NCBI GenBank assembly: GCA_950097015.1
Contig: CATNEN010000038.1
Span: 3,906,001-3,970,000 of the forward strand
DNA: 64,000 bases
Direction: 5' to 3'
DNA from: Macrostomum hystrix
Taxonomy: Eukaryota > Animalia > Platyhelminthes
The position numbers and the translations under genes were made by a program. The notes beneath the pieces were generated by a model. It worked only from the letters and a program-made list of their open reading frames with translations, had not been told where the DNA came from and ran no database searches. This document shows positions 1 to 12,497 of the stretch, piece by piece (within the stretch, counting starts at the first letter, position 1; every line of letters begins with the position of its first letter).

Positions 1-570
1 TCCCAGCAGAAGTCTTTGTCTGACACAGAGAGTCGACCGGTAAAACTGCAGCAACAGCAGCAGCAGCATCTCTACTATCGACAGGCCACAATGGCGGCGG
101 AGTGGCGAAACCCAAACGAGATCGACTACTCGGACCCGAACCGGAGTCGGCGCGACCAGGACGGCATCAACGCCCCGCTGCTGCATCGTCGCCTCGACGC
201 CGCCATTCAGCGCATCGATCGGATCGGCAGTCCGAAGAAGCTCAAGAAGGAGATGCGCGAGCTTCGCCAGCAGTTCGCGGCGCTAGAGGCTCGAGTTCAG
301 GACTACCAGGAGATGCGGGACAGCCTGACCTACCAGCAGGGCGTCGTGGCCTCCGTAAACGCCCGGCTCGCCAAGCTCGAGTCGGAAATGAAGCGTCTCT
401 CGTCGGAGGCGGGCGAGCTGACCCACCTCATCAAGACGCCCGGAGCTCTGGAGGAGGAGCAGCTCAGAGCCACCAGGGAGAAGATTAACAAGAAGCGGCA
501 GCAGCAGCAGCAGCTGCCTTCAGCGGGCACCGCTGGCTCATCGAAAGCTGGCGGATCGAAACTCCACTAA
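1..570 (+). CDS. Uncharacterised coiled-coil protein, paralog 1. The frame is open from base 1 (first ATG at 91), so it may start upstream of the window.
   Basis: GC-rich ORF with heptad-like helical sequence. Shares motifs DGINxPxLHRRxDA, LxYQ, RLAKLESE and TPG with the ORF at 2462-2950. Confidence 0.65.
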   Translation, partial: SQQKSLSDTESRPVKLQQQQQQHLYYRQATMAAEWRNPNEIDYSDPNRSRRDQDGINAPLLHRRLDAAIQRIDRIGSPKKLKKEMRELRQQFAALEARVQDYQEMRDSLTYQQGVVASVNARLAKLESEMKRLSSEAGELTHLIKTPGALEEEQLRATREKINKKRQQQQQLPSAGTAGSSKAGGSKLH

Positions 571-889
571 CTGTCTGAGCAACTGACTACTGAGCAAGGA
601 TTACTGTAGCTATGTTTCCTGGAAAACTTTTGTAGGCCTGTTTTCCTCGCAAAATGCATTAGCGGGATAGGAAAAAGTTACGTTTTTATAGAAAATTTCG
701 CGCTGTTTACTTGCATCCCTAGATTAACAAGATATTCTAACTCATGGTTAATAACATCGTATTCTGTTGACCTATGATTTCGTGGTTTGTATCTGCTATC
801 AGAGATATTTCGCGCTTTTAACCTTTGCAAACCGTCAAGCAAGTTAGCAAACTCACTTCATAATAGTATTAATAATAATGATATTTATA

Positions 890-1237
890 CTTTCAGGAGG
901 GCTGCGTGCGAAGGCACATCATTTGGTGACACTAGACCCGCAGCCAGCGAGGAGGCAATTCTGCCCGTTTCTCTGACTCCTGAGCACACACGCACACAGA
1001 TACCGTACGCAGGCGCACGCTCATACTGGTGTCTACATCTGCCCTGACTTTCTCATCGTCAGGCAGTGTACACCTCCTCTGTGTCTTTGGCCCTCAAGGG
1101 CGTAAATAGCACGGCAAGCTCCCAAGCCTGCTCTCCGCGGCTGCACCACAAATGAATGTTGCCCCGCCGCGGAACCGAGGTCAAGGGACCTTGATGCACG
1201 AGGAAAACGCGTTAGACCGTTCTGCCACTCACCCCCA
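890..1237 (-). mobile_element. Possible tRNA-derived SINE (degenerate)
   Basis: The minus strand begins GGGGGTGAGTGGCAGAACGGTCTAACGCG (A-box-like TGGCAGAACGG), followed by a degenerate B-box (CTCGGTTCC) and a GC-rich body ending in an AT-rich tract. Confidence 0.4.
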
Positions 1238-1703
1238 AGTTGCCCTTATGCATCACACCTCATTTTAAGTCGCGCTTTCGTTCTTGTAGTCTTATCTTTA
1301 TAAATTAACATTTTCCTATCTTGCTGAAGTATTTTGTATGAAAACAGACCTACAAGAATGTCTCATCATTGTACTTGAGTAGCCCTAGCTACTGAGCTCT
1401 GGGCTCATTGTGAAAAATAGTTTTTCTTAAGACTGATAGTCATGCGATTTTAATCTGCTTTTGCTTAACTTTTACTCTTCTAATTTTCAAGGGGCTGCTA
1501 GGATGTATTCGTAAATTTTTATGTACATGATAGGTGAAACCTGATTTGTCAGCAGGCCACACCAATATTTTCCAAATTTGCGCGGGCATTCTATAAAAAA
1601 CGTTTGTCAAATTAAAAAACTGCGATATTATGTTTGCTAATCACTTCTCTTCGTTGCACTTCCTGATTCGTAGAGTTCGTCTGATTCTGATCGAAGCCTT
1701 TAT

Positions 1704-1979
1704 GTACTACAACCCGATGTCGGCCGACGTCCGCAGATTTTCCAACGTCCAGCGACGTGGAAATGAGAAATGGGAACTTTTAGATTGTACAGACGTTCGG
1801 TATAAGTTCGCGTTTGAAGCTAATTCTGCGTCTTTTAAGGTTTTTACTAGGTTTTTACGTTATTGCGCATTTTTCGCTTCGCTGGATTTCGTCGGCGTGA
1901 TTTGAAAGTTGCCATTTGCCATCGACGTCGCAATACGTCGGTGACGTCGGGAAAGTCAGCCGACGTCAGATTGTTGTAT
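1704..1979. mobile_element. Small MITE-like inverted-repeat element
   Basis: The left end TACTACAACCCGATGTCGGCCGAC matches the reverse complement of the right end TACAACAATCTGACGTCGGCTGAC at 19/24 positions. Internal GACGTC motifs are repeated. Confidence 0.4.
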
Positions 1980-2461
1980 GGACTTAACTCTTGGCTTGCC
2001 AGAACATTTAATTCCTTCATAAGTCAGAGAAACAGTTAAAAGGCAAAAAACTGCAAAAAGTCATTTTGGATTTGATTTTTCAGGTAGCATTGATCGAGCA
2101 ACCAACTACTCAAGCTAACGGTTTGGTTATTAAATGAAAGTGCGCAATTAGTCAGTTTTAGAAGCTGCAATTTAAAACGACCCCTTACGCCCCTCATCAA
2201 ATAGATTGCCTCCAAGCAATTAAAATGCTCCCAAATAGATTAAACTAAACTCCACAGCATTGTTAATAGTCATAAAATAGAAAAAAACATGTTGTATGCG
2301 TGGTGGGTCACAATGCGCATCATTATGGGCTGCATGAACAGGACACTGCCATGACCACGACATGTCCATTTTCCTCTCACCCCCCAGTTGCATTTTATAA
2401 GTACAATTATTCCTTATAATAATTCTGTATATCCCTGCGCTCCGGCCTCACAAAACAATCA

Positions 2462-2950
2462 ATGTGTGCATCCGAGACATGCAGTATGGACCACAGCAGC
2501 CGCAAACATTCGCAGCTGCCGCATCCCGCACTCCCAGCGCCACTTCGCCGCGAGAAATCCCGCCTGACCTTCGTCCAGGCCGTCCGAGCCGCCGCGGCAG
2601 CTCAGCCCGACGGTATCAACGGCCCAGCACTTCATCGTCGAATCGACGCCGTCTCCCGGCGCCTCGACTCGCTGGGCGACCTCGGCGAGGTGCGCGACAA
2701 GCTGGCAGCCGTTCAGGCCAAGGCCAGTCGAGTTGGCCGCATGGAGAAGCAGCTGGTGGAGCTGCAGGACCGTCTGGCCTACCAGGAGGCTCTGCAGGCG
2801 GCCCTGCTCAGCCGCCTGGCCAAGCTGGAGTCAGAGAACACCTCCATGCTGCGGCTGGTCAGCGAGCTGCACGAGATCATCCTGACGCCGGGCCGGCTGC
2901 AGCAGGAGCAGCAGGCGGCTGCGAGACGCAAAGCTCTCGGCGAGAAGTAA
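2462..2950 (+). CDS. Uncharacterised coiled-coil protein, paralog 2
   Basis: 162-aa ORF with strong GC3 bias, homologous to the 1-570 ORF (DGINGPALHRRIDA...LAYQ...RLAKLESE...ILTPG). Confidence 0.7.
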   Translation: MCASETCSMDHSSRKHSQLPHPALPAPLRREKSRLTFVQAVRAAAAAQPDGINGPALHRRIDAVSRRLDSLGDLGEVRDKLAAVQAKASRVGRMEKQLVELQDRLAYQEALQAALLSRLAKLESENTSMLRLVSELHEIILTPGRLQQEQQAAARRKALGEK

Positions 2951-3544
2951 AGTGGAAAACAAAAAACCTGGCTAAAATGCTATCATTCAGCATGTTCCCT
3001 TAAATGCACTGTTAAAAACTGCCCAATTTTACGGCACTCTTTTACTCGCACGAGCTATTCCAGTTTTCTTTTCGGGCTCGACAATGGCAGATAACTGTAA
3101 CGTACCTCAAACCTGCACTATGAGTAAAAAGCATATAAAATATTCGCCAGATAGAAATTGAACTTCTATTGTGCAAGTGGCAAAGCTGTTTAAAATGCGA
3201 GTTTTCTATTGCTTTTTTATTATGTTAAATCGTTTCTAAGCACTCTCGAAAGATAAACACGAGACAGCGGAGAGATGAGACATGGGAGAGGAGGGAGATA
3301 AGACAGGGGGAGGGGAGAAATATAAAACTGATGAAAATGGTAGAGGGGAGATTTAGACGGACAGCTAGAGTCGAGGGGGCGATGCTTTGGGACAGTAAGT
3401 CATGCACAGCCTCATTTAATGCCTCATGTCATTAAACATTTATGCAGTATGGCCGCTGGGCGGGGGCAGCTGTAGCTGCTGGCTATGGCCATGATGCAAT
3501 GCGATAAGCAGCAGAAGCCATAAAAAGCACTTGAATATGAGAAG

Positions 3545-4228
3545 CACAGGCCATAGAATAGCATCAGATTATTAGAAACACAGGCCATAGAATAGCATCA
3601 GATTATTAGAAACACAGGCCGTTGAATAGCATCAGATTATTAGAAACACAGACCATAGAATAGCATCAGATTATTAGAAACACAGGCCATAGAATAGCAT
3701 CAGATTATTAGAAACACAGACCATAGAATAGCATCAGATTATTAGAAACACAGACCATAGAATAGCATCAGATTATTAGAAACACAGACCATAGAATAGC
3801 ATCAGATTATTAGAAACACAGGCCATAGAATAGCATCAGATTATTAGAAACACAGGCCATAGAATAGCATCAGATTATTAGAAACACAGGCCATAGAAAA
3901 GCATCAGATTATTAGAAACACAGGCCATAGAATAGCATTCGATTATTAAAAACACAGGCCATAGAATAGCATCAGATTATTAAAAACACAGGCCATAGAA
4001 TAGCATCAGATTATTAAAAACACAGGCCATAGAATAGCATAAGATTATTAGAAACACAGGCCATAGAATAGCATCAGATTATTAGAAACACAGGCCATAG
4101 AATAGCATCAGATTATTAGAAACACAGGCCATAGAAAAGCATCAGATTATTAGAAACACAGGCAATGAAATAACGTCAGATTATTAGAAAAACAGGCCGT
4201 TGAATAGCATCCGATTATTAGAAACACT
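3545..4228. repeat. 34-bp minisatellite, about 20 copies
   Basis: Unit CACAGGCCATAGAATAGCATCAGATTATTAGAAA. Confidence 0.95.
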
Positions 4229-4556
4229 TCATTACTCAATAAAAATGAAAATGAAAAAATAATGAGCGACAGGACAGTTCGAATATGGCAAGAAGTGTCG
4301 TATTCATTGTAGTCTGAAAATCCGACACTGAATGTGCAATAACGTTTTAATTTGATTTAGCACTAGGCTAAATCACTCAGAAAGTTAATTTGCAGACGAA
4401 TAATTTTATAATTAGATAATACGATGTCTAGTTGGGTGGACAATAAATAACTAGCAAGCACGAGCTTGACTCAAAAGCCCAATGGTCACTTATAAAACTC
4501 GCTATTACAAACGCAATAGAGCCTAGCGAAAATGTAAATCATCAGTAATGACTAGC

Positions 4557-5785
4557 TCATCCCGAGCCCGTCTGCTGGATCCAGCTGGTGTACATCTGCA
4601 CGCGAGTGTACACTCCCGGTCGCTGCGCCTTGATGCAACCCTCGCCCCAGCTGGTGATACCATGCAGGTGCCACACGCCAACAGCATAACTGCACACCAG
4701 CGGCACGCGTCCTTGCCGCCCTGCTCGTACCCAGCGCACAACATGTAGCTGGTGATGGCGCCTCCGTTGCGACGCGTCGCCGCAGATCGAATTCGGTACA
4801 ATCGGTACCATCACCTGCTGCAGCCTGGTGCTGTCACCGGTGCCCTGTGTGTTGCCCCAGCCTGTGGCGAAGCAGCTGGCCGTGTTCGATACAGGTGAGC
4901 TCGGCAGGCACACAGGTGAGACCTGAGAGTTGAACTGGAACGGCTGGTCTACCCGCATCATGGCCAAATCTTGGTTGGTCCTGCTCGAATTATAGTTCGG
5001 ATACTTGACCACCTGGGTCACCTTGCGGCTCTGAAGCGTTGACGGGGTGCAATCCCGACAGTGGCGACCCGCGTCCACTCTCCAGTTGGACGGTGACATG
5101 TAGTTCTCGACGCAGGGCGCTGCCGTCACGATCCAGTTAGCGTTGAGGATGCTGCCACCGCAGAAGTGACCTCCAAAGAGCCTCAGCGACACCATCCAGG
5201 GCCAGCTGTTTGGGATGGCCTCCTTTCCACCCACGATGCGCGTCTCGTCAGGTGCGATGGCGGGCCGGTCGCAGTCTGATGGAGCAATGACGTTTAGCGG
5301 ATGTATTCGTCGTAGCGATAATAAATGAATTCTGATTAAAGTGCATTTCAAGACATTTAAAATTTTAGTATGCTTTCTTACGTTGGATGCTGGAGCAGAA
5401 CATCTCATCGGAACCATCTGCGCAGTCCTTCGAGCCATCACATTTCCATTCTGGCGGGAAGCAGCCGCTGTTATTTCTGCAGGACAGGTAACCATAGGGA
5501 CTAGTTGGACTTCCGCACGAACCTGAAACGCAGCTGGAATCCGCCGTTCTCTAGATAGCCATCGCTGGTGAATACGAGCGTATGAGTGACACCACAGAGC
5601 CGTGACTGAGAACGGACCAATCAGAGGAGCCGCAGAACCGAACAGCACCGGGGTGGAGTCGTTGATAGTTGTGCTTCCGTGCCGATATGGCGCTATTGAT
5701 TGTACTCAAAACTGAGAGCGAGAGCTTCATTTGGGCCTGCAATTAATTTTCGTCTTGCTCTTTAGCGGATGAGTAATTATAGCTG
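4557..5785 (-). pseudogene. Pseudogene of the CUB-LDLa-trypsin protease, derived from the 24367-26055 paralog type
   Basis: In the protease exon the catalytic His is changed to Pro (TAAPC). A 2-bp deletion and a 19-bp deletion remove GDSGG. The intron acceptor AG is lost (reads TG). CUB and LDLa remnants (RFCGSSDWSVLSHGSVVSLI) and upstream sequence at 5700-5780 match 24120-24200 of the intact paralog. Confidence 0.9.
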
Positions 5786-6744
5786 TGCCACGTGGCTCTG
5801 CTAAGATGAATCTCAGCTGAGAATGAGCCCAATTCCGCGGTTTGGATAAACCAGCTCGAGCAACTAGGCGTGCAATCAGGTGCCCTTGTTTCGTGTCACA
5901 ATTTTTCGATTTCAAAATCTCATGCAGTCCCTCCTAATTCCGCTGACCTGTCTTAATTGAGTGAGTTCAAAGTAATTATAATTACAGCCACTTTTCATGA
6001 TTTTAAACAAGTTTTAGTCATCCAAACAAAAACACTGAATCATCGTCACCGACCCTGTGCCCAAAGCCGGCCTTAGTTATTAATATTACGTTATTAATAT
6101 ATTAATATTAATATTATTAGTATTACTTTTTATTATATTTAATTTTTATTTGGCGCGCTATCTATGTGTGCTGATTTTTATGTATTTTGATAAGCTAATT
6201 AATCGACAAAGAAGAAAAGAAATCGAAGTGGTAAAGAAAGAAAATTATTTAACTGTGAGGTAAATAAAAAACATTAAAAAAGCGCGAGGGACAACAGGAA
6301 TCAAACATAACGGTATATCGACCTGATGGTCTTTTAAATGTTTGTTGCTTCAGGGCAGCTGTTCCCTTATCTTAGAGATTTATGTGATGTACTTTGCTAG
6401 TGCTTCAGTCTCCCTGTCGTCTTGTGCCATTGTGTAGTTCGATTTTTTCTGGGACGTGAAATAAGGAGTTTTCCAAGAAATTTTATTTTCGAAATTCGAT
6501 CATGCAGTACTATTCATATTCCAACTTCACTTAAATAAGAAGTGGTCCTCGTTTTCCACTTCAATTTGGCACTTACTACATAATCTATTCTCAAAAGGAA
6601 TTCTCGGTCTGGCAGCTCGCAATGTTTCGCAAGCTAGCTTATGGTTTCCTAGTCTAAACGAGGATAGAGTACGTCTCAACTCCGGGTTAGATAATCTTCT
6701 TGATATTTTCGGCTGAATAATATTGCTTCAAATAATAATAGAAT

Positions 6745-7650
6745 CAGTGGTGGGCGCAATACTTTAAAAAAGTTCCAATACCGATACTCTAAAAGGTATC
6801 GGCGATATTTGCTGGTCCGATACCAAAATTTAAGTATCGCCCGATACTTTAATCCGATACTTAGTCCGATACATCATTTTTTTCTTGTTTTCTGCATCTG
6901 TGAAGCCTAAAATTGAAGAAAAAGCTCATAGTAACTACATTTTTAGACGCTAAGGACTCTAGTGAGACGTGGCTGACAAGAGAATAAGATTAAATTGGTA
7001 TTTTAAAGATTAAATGGGGAGAATATAAATGGGGAGTTATAAGTTGTCATTATACATTTATGACATTTGAGTGCTAGTGGTGGAAGTAGTCACAAGCAAC
7101 ATCATCAACATAAATGACATCATCATCAGTAGAACTTGACCTATGGCTTATGACTTATTAGCAGCACTGGGGCCTGCTTGGCCATTGCCACGGCGTCGGC
7201 CTGGCATAGTTGATAGTTGCCAGTAGTACAATAGGCCAATATAGCTAACTCACTAGTTAAATTTTAAATGACAATGTTCTTCTAATAAAACTTAAGATTA
7301 AGAAAAATAAAAAACTGAAAGTAAACCTAATGTAGTTAACAATAACTTAACGTAATATTTAATTGATCAAAATCGAAATAAAAAAATGTGCTAATGCATT
7401 AAATTACGTAAGTAACATTTTTTTGCATTTGTGTTACTTTTGTTAAACCTTTCTTGGCTTTTTAGTCGAAAAAAGCAAAAATGTATTACTATTCGATTAA
7501 ATGTATCGGATTATCGGACTTTAGAAAATGTATCGCGCGATACCATGGTCCGATACTGAGAAAAAAGTATCGAGGTCTGATACTCCGATACTCAAATGGT
7601 ATCGGCGATACTATCGGAGTATCGGAGTATCGGACCTGTGCCCAACACTG
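6745..7650. mobile_element. Non-autonomous hAT-type DNA transposon
   Basis: TIRs CAGTGGTGGGCGCA and CAGTGTTGGGCACA (rc). 8-bp TSD AATAGAAT/AATAGAAG. Subterminal CCGATAC/GTATCGG motifs at both ends. Confidence 0.85.
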
Positions 7651-8273
7651 AATAGAAGTGACTCAGTTTGTTTAGGTTCTGTGTCCTTTGTCTCCAACGG
7701 GTATCGAACTGAGAAAAGAAGTTTTTCCTAATGTTTCTAATTTCTTTTGCAGGTCTAATGCATCTGCAATTCAGCATATCTTGATTGTCGATTTTTGTCT
7801 TGATTCCAACATCACTGTATGTTGGGTCTGCTAATAACTTGAAAATGATGGAGTCCGGCCGGCTAGTTATGGAGGCTCAGTATGATGTGCTTCTCTTCTG
7901 GATGTTGTATATTAAAGGCAATCTGCCTCGCTCTGAGCGGGCCCCATTGCCAATTGTATTTCGGCAAACTTTTAGCATGGCCTTACAGCACCTGATGTTT
8001 ACCCTTTCAAAATAATTGCGGTCCTAAGGACCCAGGTTCCATGAGAAAAAAGTCGTATATATAAAAATTTAGTAGGGCGATGACTAATTTTGAGTCTTCC
8101 TGCCAATCGGTAGTCTTTGTCCCACTGGTTGTCCCAGTTGGATTGGATGATGTGAAACAGTCGGAACTTCAGTATCTTATCTAATGACGCTTGAAGCTCA
8201 AACCACAGGGCAAGAAGAATCATTCTGTTCATAACGCATTTATTAAATCGAATTTTTTACGAAGAAAACTTCT

Positions 8274-8460
8274 TGATGTACTGTTATTGATGTAATATTG
8301 TTTATGTACTGTTGTTAATGTACTGTCGTTGATGTACTGTTGTTGATGAACTATTGTTGATGTACTGTTGTTGATGTACTGTTATTAATGTACTGTTGTT
8401 GATGAACTGTTGTTGATGAACTGTTGTTGATGAACTGTTGTTGATGTACTATTGTTGATG
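8274..8460. repeat. 14-bp minisatellite, about 13 copies
   Basis: Unit GATGTACTGTTGTT with variants. Confidence 0.85.
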
Positions 8461-8753
8461 TTTTGAAGCAACAAAGTATTTATGAGTCACTTAGCACCAT
8501 GAGTACTTTAAAAGCGAAGAGATAATTAAAATTTAACCCACTAGGTAACCCACCTGTGCTTGTTTTTCGAATGACCACTGACGGCTTCTCCGACAAACAG
8601 CCATTTACTTTGAGAATTAATAGGTCTTAATAGGTCTTATGTAACAATTTTATTTCAAGTCAAGGTAAATTATATTGTTAGCAGCAGAATTGAGGCTCTG
8701 CACAGTTTAACTACGATCTAGTAACTTTCGAGAGCATGTGATGCCTGACTCGG

Positions 8754-8760
8754 TATAAAT
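8754..8760 (+). promoter_or_regulatory. Candidate TATA box of protease gene A
   Basis: TATAAAT about 65 bp upstream of the ATG, conserved in the inverted paralog (about 22506-22512, minus strand). Confidence 0.45.
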
Positions 8761-8821
8761 ATTCATTGGCGCTGCTGCATTTTCTAACAAAGACAAACAA
8801 TTTGACTACATTTCCAAAGTC

Positions 8822-10719
8822 ATGATCTTGTCAACAGCCTTTGTGTGGACAGCTCTGCTGCTCACTGCCACCGCTCAGGAGGTGCGGCCTGTTCCCAGCG
8901 ATCCAAATGATCAAAACTGCGGCGTTGAACTGCTCTACGAGACTGAGAATGCCGTGATCTCATCGCACCGCCTGTACGGCCGCATTCCGTACGACGCGAA
9001 CTCAAACTGTCGCTACTTCATCCGCGCCTGGCGTCCAAACTATCATATCGAGGTGACTTCTGTCGAATTTGACCTTGAGTATTCGTCAGGTTGCTCCGGA
9101 GACTCGCTAACCGTCTACGATGGACTAAACGAGACGAGTCAGGTTCTCGGTAGCTTCTGCGGCGGTGGACAGTGGTCTGTTCTGTCGAAGTCGTCTTCTA
9201 TTCTGCTGCAGTTCTCCAGCGATGGCTACCTGCAGAAGTCCGGCTTCCAGCTGCGTTACAGGTTCGTGTCTAATGACGAGTACCAGACGAGAGTCCAATG
9301 TCCCAGTGGCTTCCTGGCTTGCAGAAACGGTAGACTCTGCTACCCAGCCGCCTGGAAGTGCGACGGTATAAGGGACTGCCCAGATGGCTCAGATGAGAGG
9401 TACTGCACTGCCACGCTAAACTGCCCGGTAAACCAGAGGCCGTGCAAAGACAACTCGAAATGCGTTTGGAACAACTGGTGGTGCGACGGCTTCCGTGACT
9501 GTCAAGACGGTAGCGACGAAGCGTGCTCGCCGACGACAACGACCACTCTCCCGCCAGTGACGACGACTACTGCTAGACCGCCTGTCACCACAACGACTGC
9601 TAGACCACCGGTGACAACAACCACTGCTAGACCGCCAGTGACAACAACTACTGCTAGACCCACCACTCCTCCTTGTGAGTTCTTTATACCACAGACTTAA
9701 TATTTGTGGCAGAAAGCATACGCAAACCTCCTAAATTTCGAAATAACATTGCTCAAGGCTTGGTTTAACCATTGGCTAAAATTATACGAGTATTATCAGC
9801 ATTTATGTATACTAGGCATGGGAAATGCTGTCATTTCTAAAAAAACTGTACGTTTACATTATCATAATAGTCAAATTACTGACCATACTGAACTACACTG
9901 CCCTATTCACACAACCTGAAATAAGGTTAAAACTGAACATAACTACAGCAGAGCACACTTAAAAACTTTTTAGCTCCATCAGGATGTGGCAAACCCGCCA
10001 TCGCACCTGACGAGACGCGCATCGTGGGTGGAAAGGAGGCCATCCCAAACAGCTGGCCCTGGATGGTGTCGCTGAGGCTCTTTGGAGGTCACTTCTGCGG
10101 TGGCAGCATCCTCAACGCTAACTGGATCGTGACGGCAGCGCACTGCGTCGAGAACTACATGTCACCGTCCAACTGGAGGGTGGACGCGGGTCGCCACTGT
10201 CGGGATTGCACCCCGTCAACGCTTCAGAGCCGCAAGGTGACCCAGGTGGTCAAGTATCCGAACTATGATTCGAGCAGGACCAACCAAGATTTGGCCATGA
10301 TGCAGGTGGACCAGCCGTTCCAGTTCAACTCTCAGGTCTCACCTGTGTGCCTGCCGAGCTCACCTGTATCGAACACGGCCAGCTGCTTCGCCACAGGCTG
10401 GGGCAACACACAGGGCACCGGTGACAGCACCAGGCTGCAGCAGGTGATGGTACCGATTGTGCCGAACTCGATCTGCGGTGACTCGTCGCACTACGGAGGC
10501 GCCATCACCAGCTACATGTTGTGCGCTGGGTACGAGCAGGGCGGCAAGGACGCGTGCCAGGGCGACTCCGGCGGTCCGCTGGTGTGCAAGTCGGGCGGCG
10601 TGTGGTACCTGCAGGGCATCACCAGCTGGGGCGAGGGATGTGCCAAGGCGCAGCGACCGGGAGTGTACACTCGCGTGCAGATGTACACCAGCTGGATCCA
10701 GCAGACGGGCTCCGGATGA
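8822..10719 (+). CDS. Secreted modular trypsin-like serine protease A (signal peptide-CUB-LDLa-LDLa-Thr/Pro linker-S1A domain), about 532 aa. Exons 8822-9674 and 9974-10719.
   Basis: A phase-1 GT-AG intron at 9675-9973 joins the two frames. R|IVGG activation site, TAAHC, DLAM, and GKDACQGDSGGP with the S1 Asp that indicates trypsin specificity. Confidence 0.95.
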
Positions 10720-11280
10720 GATGAGAGACATTCTTTTTATTACACGCGAAAGACAATATCTTTGCAGGTGATTGGATATTCACTTGGCCTGGTTCCTTGT
10801 GTTTTACATTCACATAACGGAGCAATATTTCTTGGCTTGTGAGTGCACTCTGATTTTTTGCTGCAGTCGCGCATGCCCTGCAGAGCACTATAAACATATT
10901 TATGTTCATTTTCGCATCTTTTTCTTCAGGATTTTAAGGAGAGAGGCCCCTCATTAGCTGTATTTTTTCGAATCTTCTTTAGATTGGAAATCAGTTACTT
11001 AATATATGAATATAGTCAAGTCGCAATTAGTAATATTGCGTGCAGACCTTCTAAAACTAAAACTATTTGACAAAACTATGACAATTTGCACTTTTGGACC
11101 AGCATTTTTTTGTGTTGTGGATGCCTTTCTCAGGTAGTTTTACAATATCGTCGCGATTAATGACAATCAGCATCAGTAAGTCGATACATCAGCCACGACA
11201 AACAGTTTTACAGTGATATGTAAATTGAAGCAGACCTAGCTATATCTGCTACCATTGTGCTGATTTTTTCCTGGTCAGAA

Positions 11281-12158
11281 TTGATTCAGGAGTCGAAGCT
11301 GAAACTGATTCAGGAATCGAAGCTGAAACTGATTCAGGAATCGAAGCTCAAACTGATTCAGGAATCGAAGCTGAAACTGATTCAGGAATCGAAGCTGAAA
11401 CTGATTCAGGAATCGAAGCTCAAACTGATTCAGGAATCGAAGCTGAAACTGATTCAGGAATCGAAGCTAAAACTGATTCAGGAATCGAAGCTGAAACTGA
11501 TTCAGGAATCGAAGCTGAAACTGATTCAGGAATCGAAGCTCAAACTGATTCAGGAATCGAAGCTGGGGCTGATTCAGGAATCGAAGCTGAAACTGATTCA
11601 GGAATCGAAGCTGGGGCTGATTCAGGAATCGAAGCTGAAGCTGATTCAGGAATCGAAGCTGGAGCTGATTCAGGAATCGAAGCTGAAACTGATTCAGGAA
11701 TCGAAGCTGAAATTGATTGAGGAATCGAAGCTGAAACTGATTCAGGAATCGAAGCTGGAGCTGATTCAGGAATCGAAGCTGGAGTTGATTCAGGAATCGA
11801 AGCTAAAACTGATTCAGGAATCGAAGCTGGAGCTGATTCAGGAATCGAAGCTAAAACTGATTCAGGAATCGAAGCTGGAGCTGATTCAGGAATCGAAGCT
11901 GAAACTGATTCAGGAATCGAAGCTGGGGCTGATTCAGGAATCGAAGCTGAAACTGATTCAGGAATCGAAGCTCAAACTGATTCAGGAATCGAAGCTGAAA
12001 CTGATTCAGGAATCGAAGCTCAAACTGATTCAGGAATCGAAGCTCAAACTGATTCAGGAATCGAAGCTGAAACTGATTCAGGAATCGAAGCTGAAACTGA
12101 TTCAGGAATCGAAGCTCAAACTGATTCAGGAATCGAAGCTGAATCTGATTCAGGAATC
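11281..12158. repeat. 24-bp minisatellite, about 36 copies
   Basis: Unit CTGATTCAGGAATCGAAGCTGAAA. It produces the spurious LIQESKLK ORF. Confidence 0.95.
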
Positions 12159-12497
12159 GTTGCTAGTTTCAGCTGATACCAGAAGCAAACTATAGTGATG
12201 TGAAATTCAGCTAAAGTGTATGCAAAATGGGAAATTTACAGAATCTACTTCAGGAGTTGGAGTATATATTGTCACTGCACTGGCGTATTTTTGTTATATT
12301 TTTTCGTTGACATCTCCCGAATGAGCTCTTTATAAAATTATCGCAGGTACACGAGCGTACCTGTGAGATGCAGGAATAAAATGTAAAAATGTACTTAAAA
12401 CCCATAAAAGTCCAGGTAGATACATCAAGAACTTAAGCTCCGTCAATGCATTCCTAGGTCACATAGCTACTGAAGCTGCAGATGCATTCGCTATACT

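Noticed and set aside
1030-1070. Hammerhead-like CTGACGA...GAAA on the minus strand
   Set aside because: There is no stem II or stem III. The segment is better explained as a simple hairpin CTGCCTGAC/GTCAGGGCAG.
4557-5648. 363-aa ORF as an intact protease gene
   Set aside because: It reads through a former intron and out-of-frame CUB/LDLa remnants, has no signal peptide, and lacks the catalytic His and Ser.
7651-8232. Possible LTR-retrotransposon integrase remnant on the minus strand, interrupted by the hAT element
   Set aside because: There is only a vague resemblance, with no recognisable catalytic motif to support a call.
11257-12195. 312-aa LIQESKLK-repeat ORF
   Set aside because: It is a by-product of a stop-free 24-bp minisatellite, with no ATG start or unique coding sequence.
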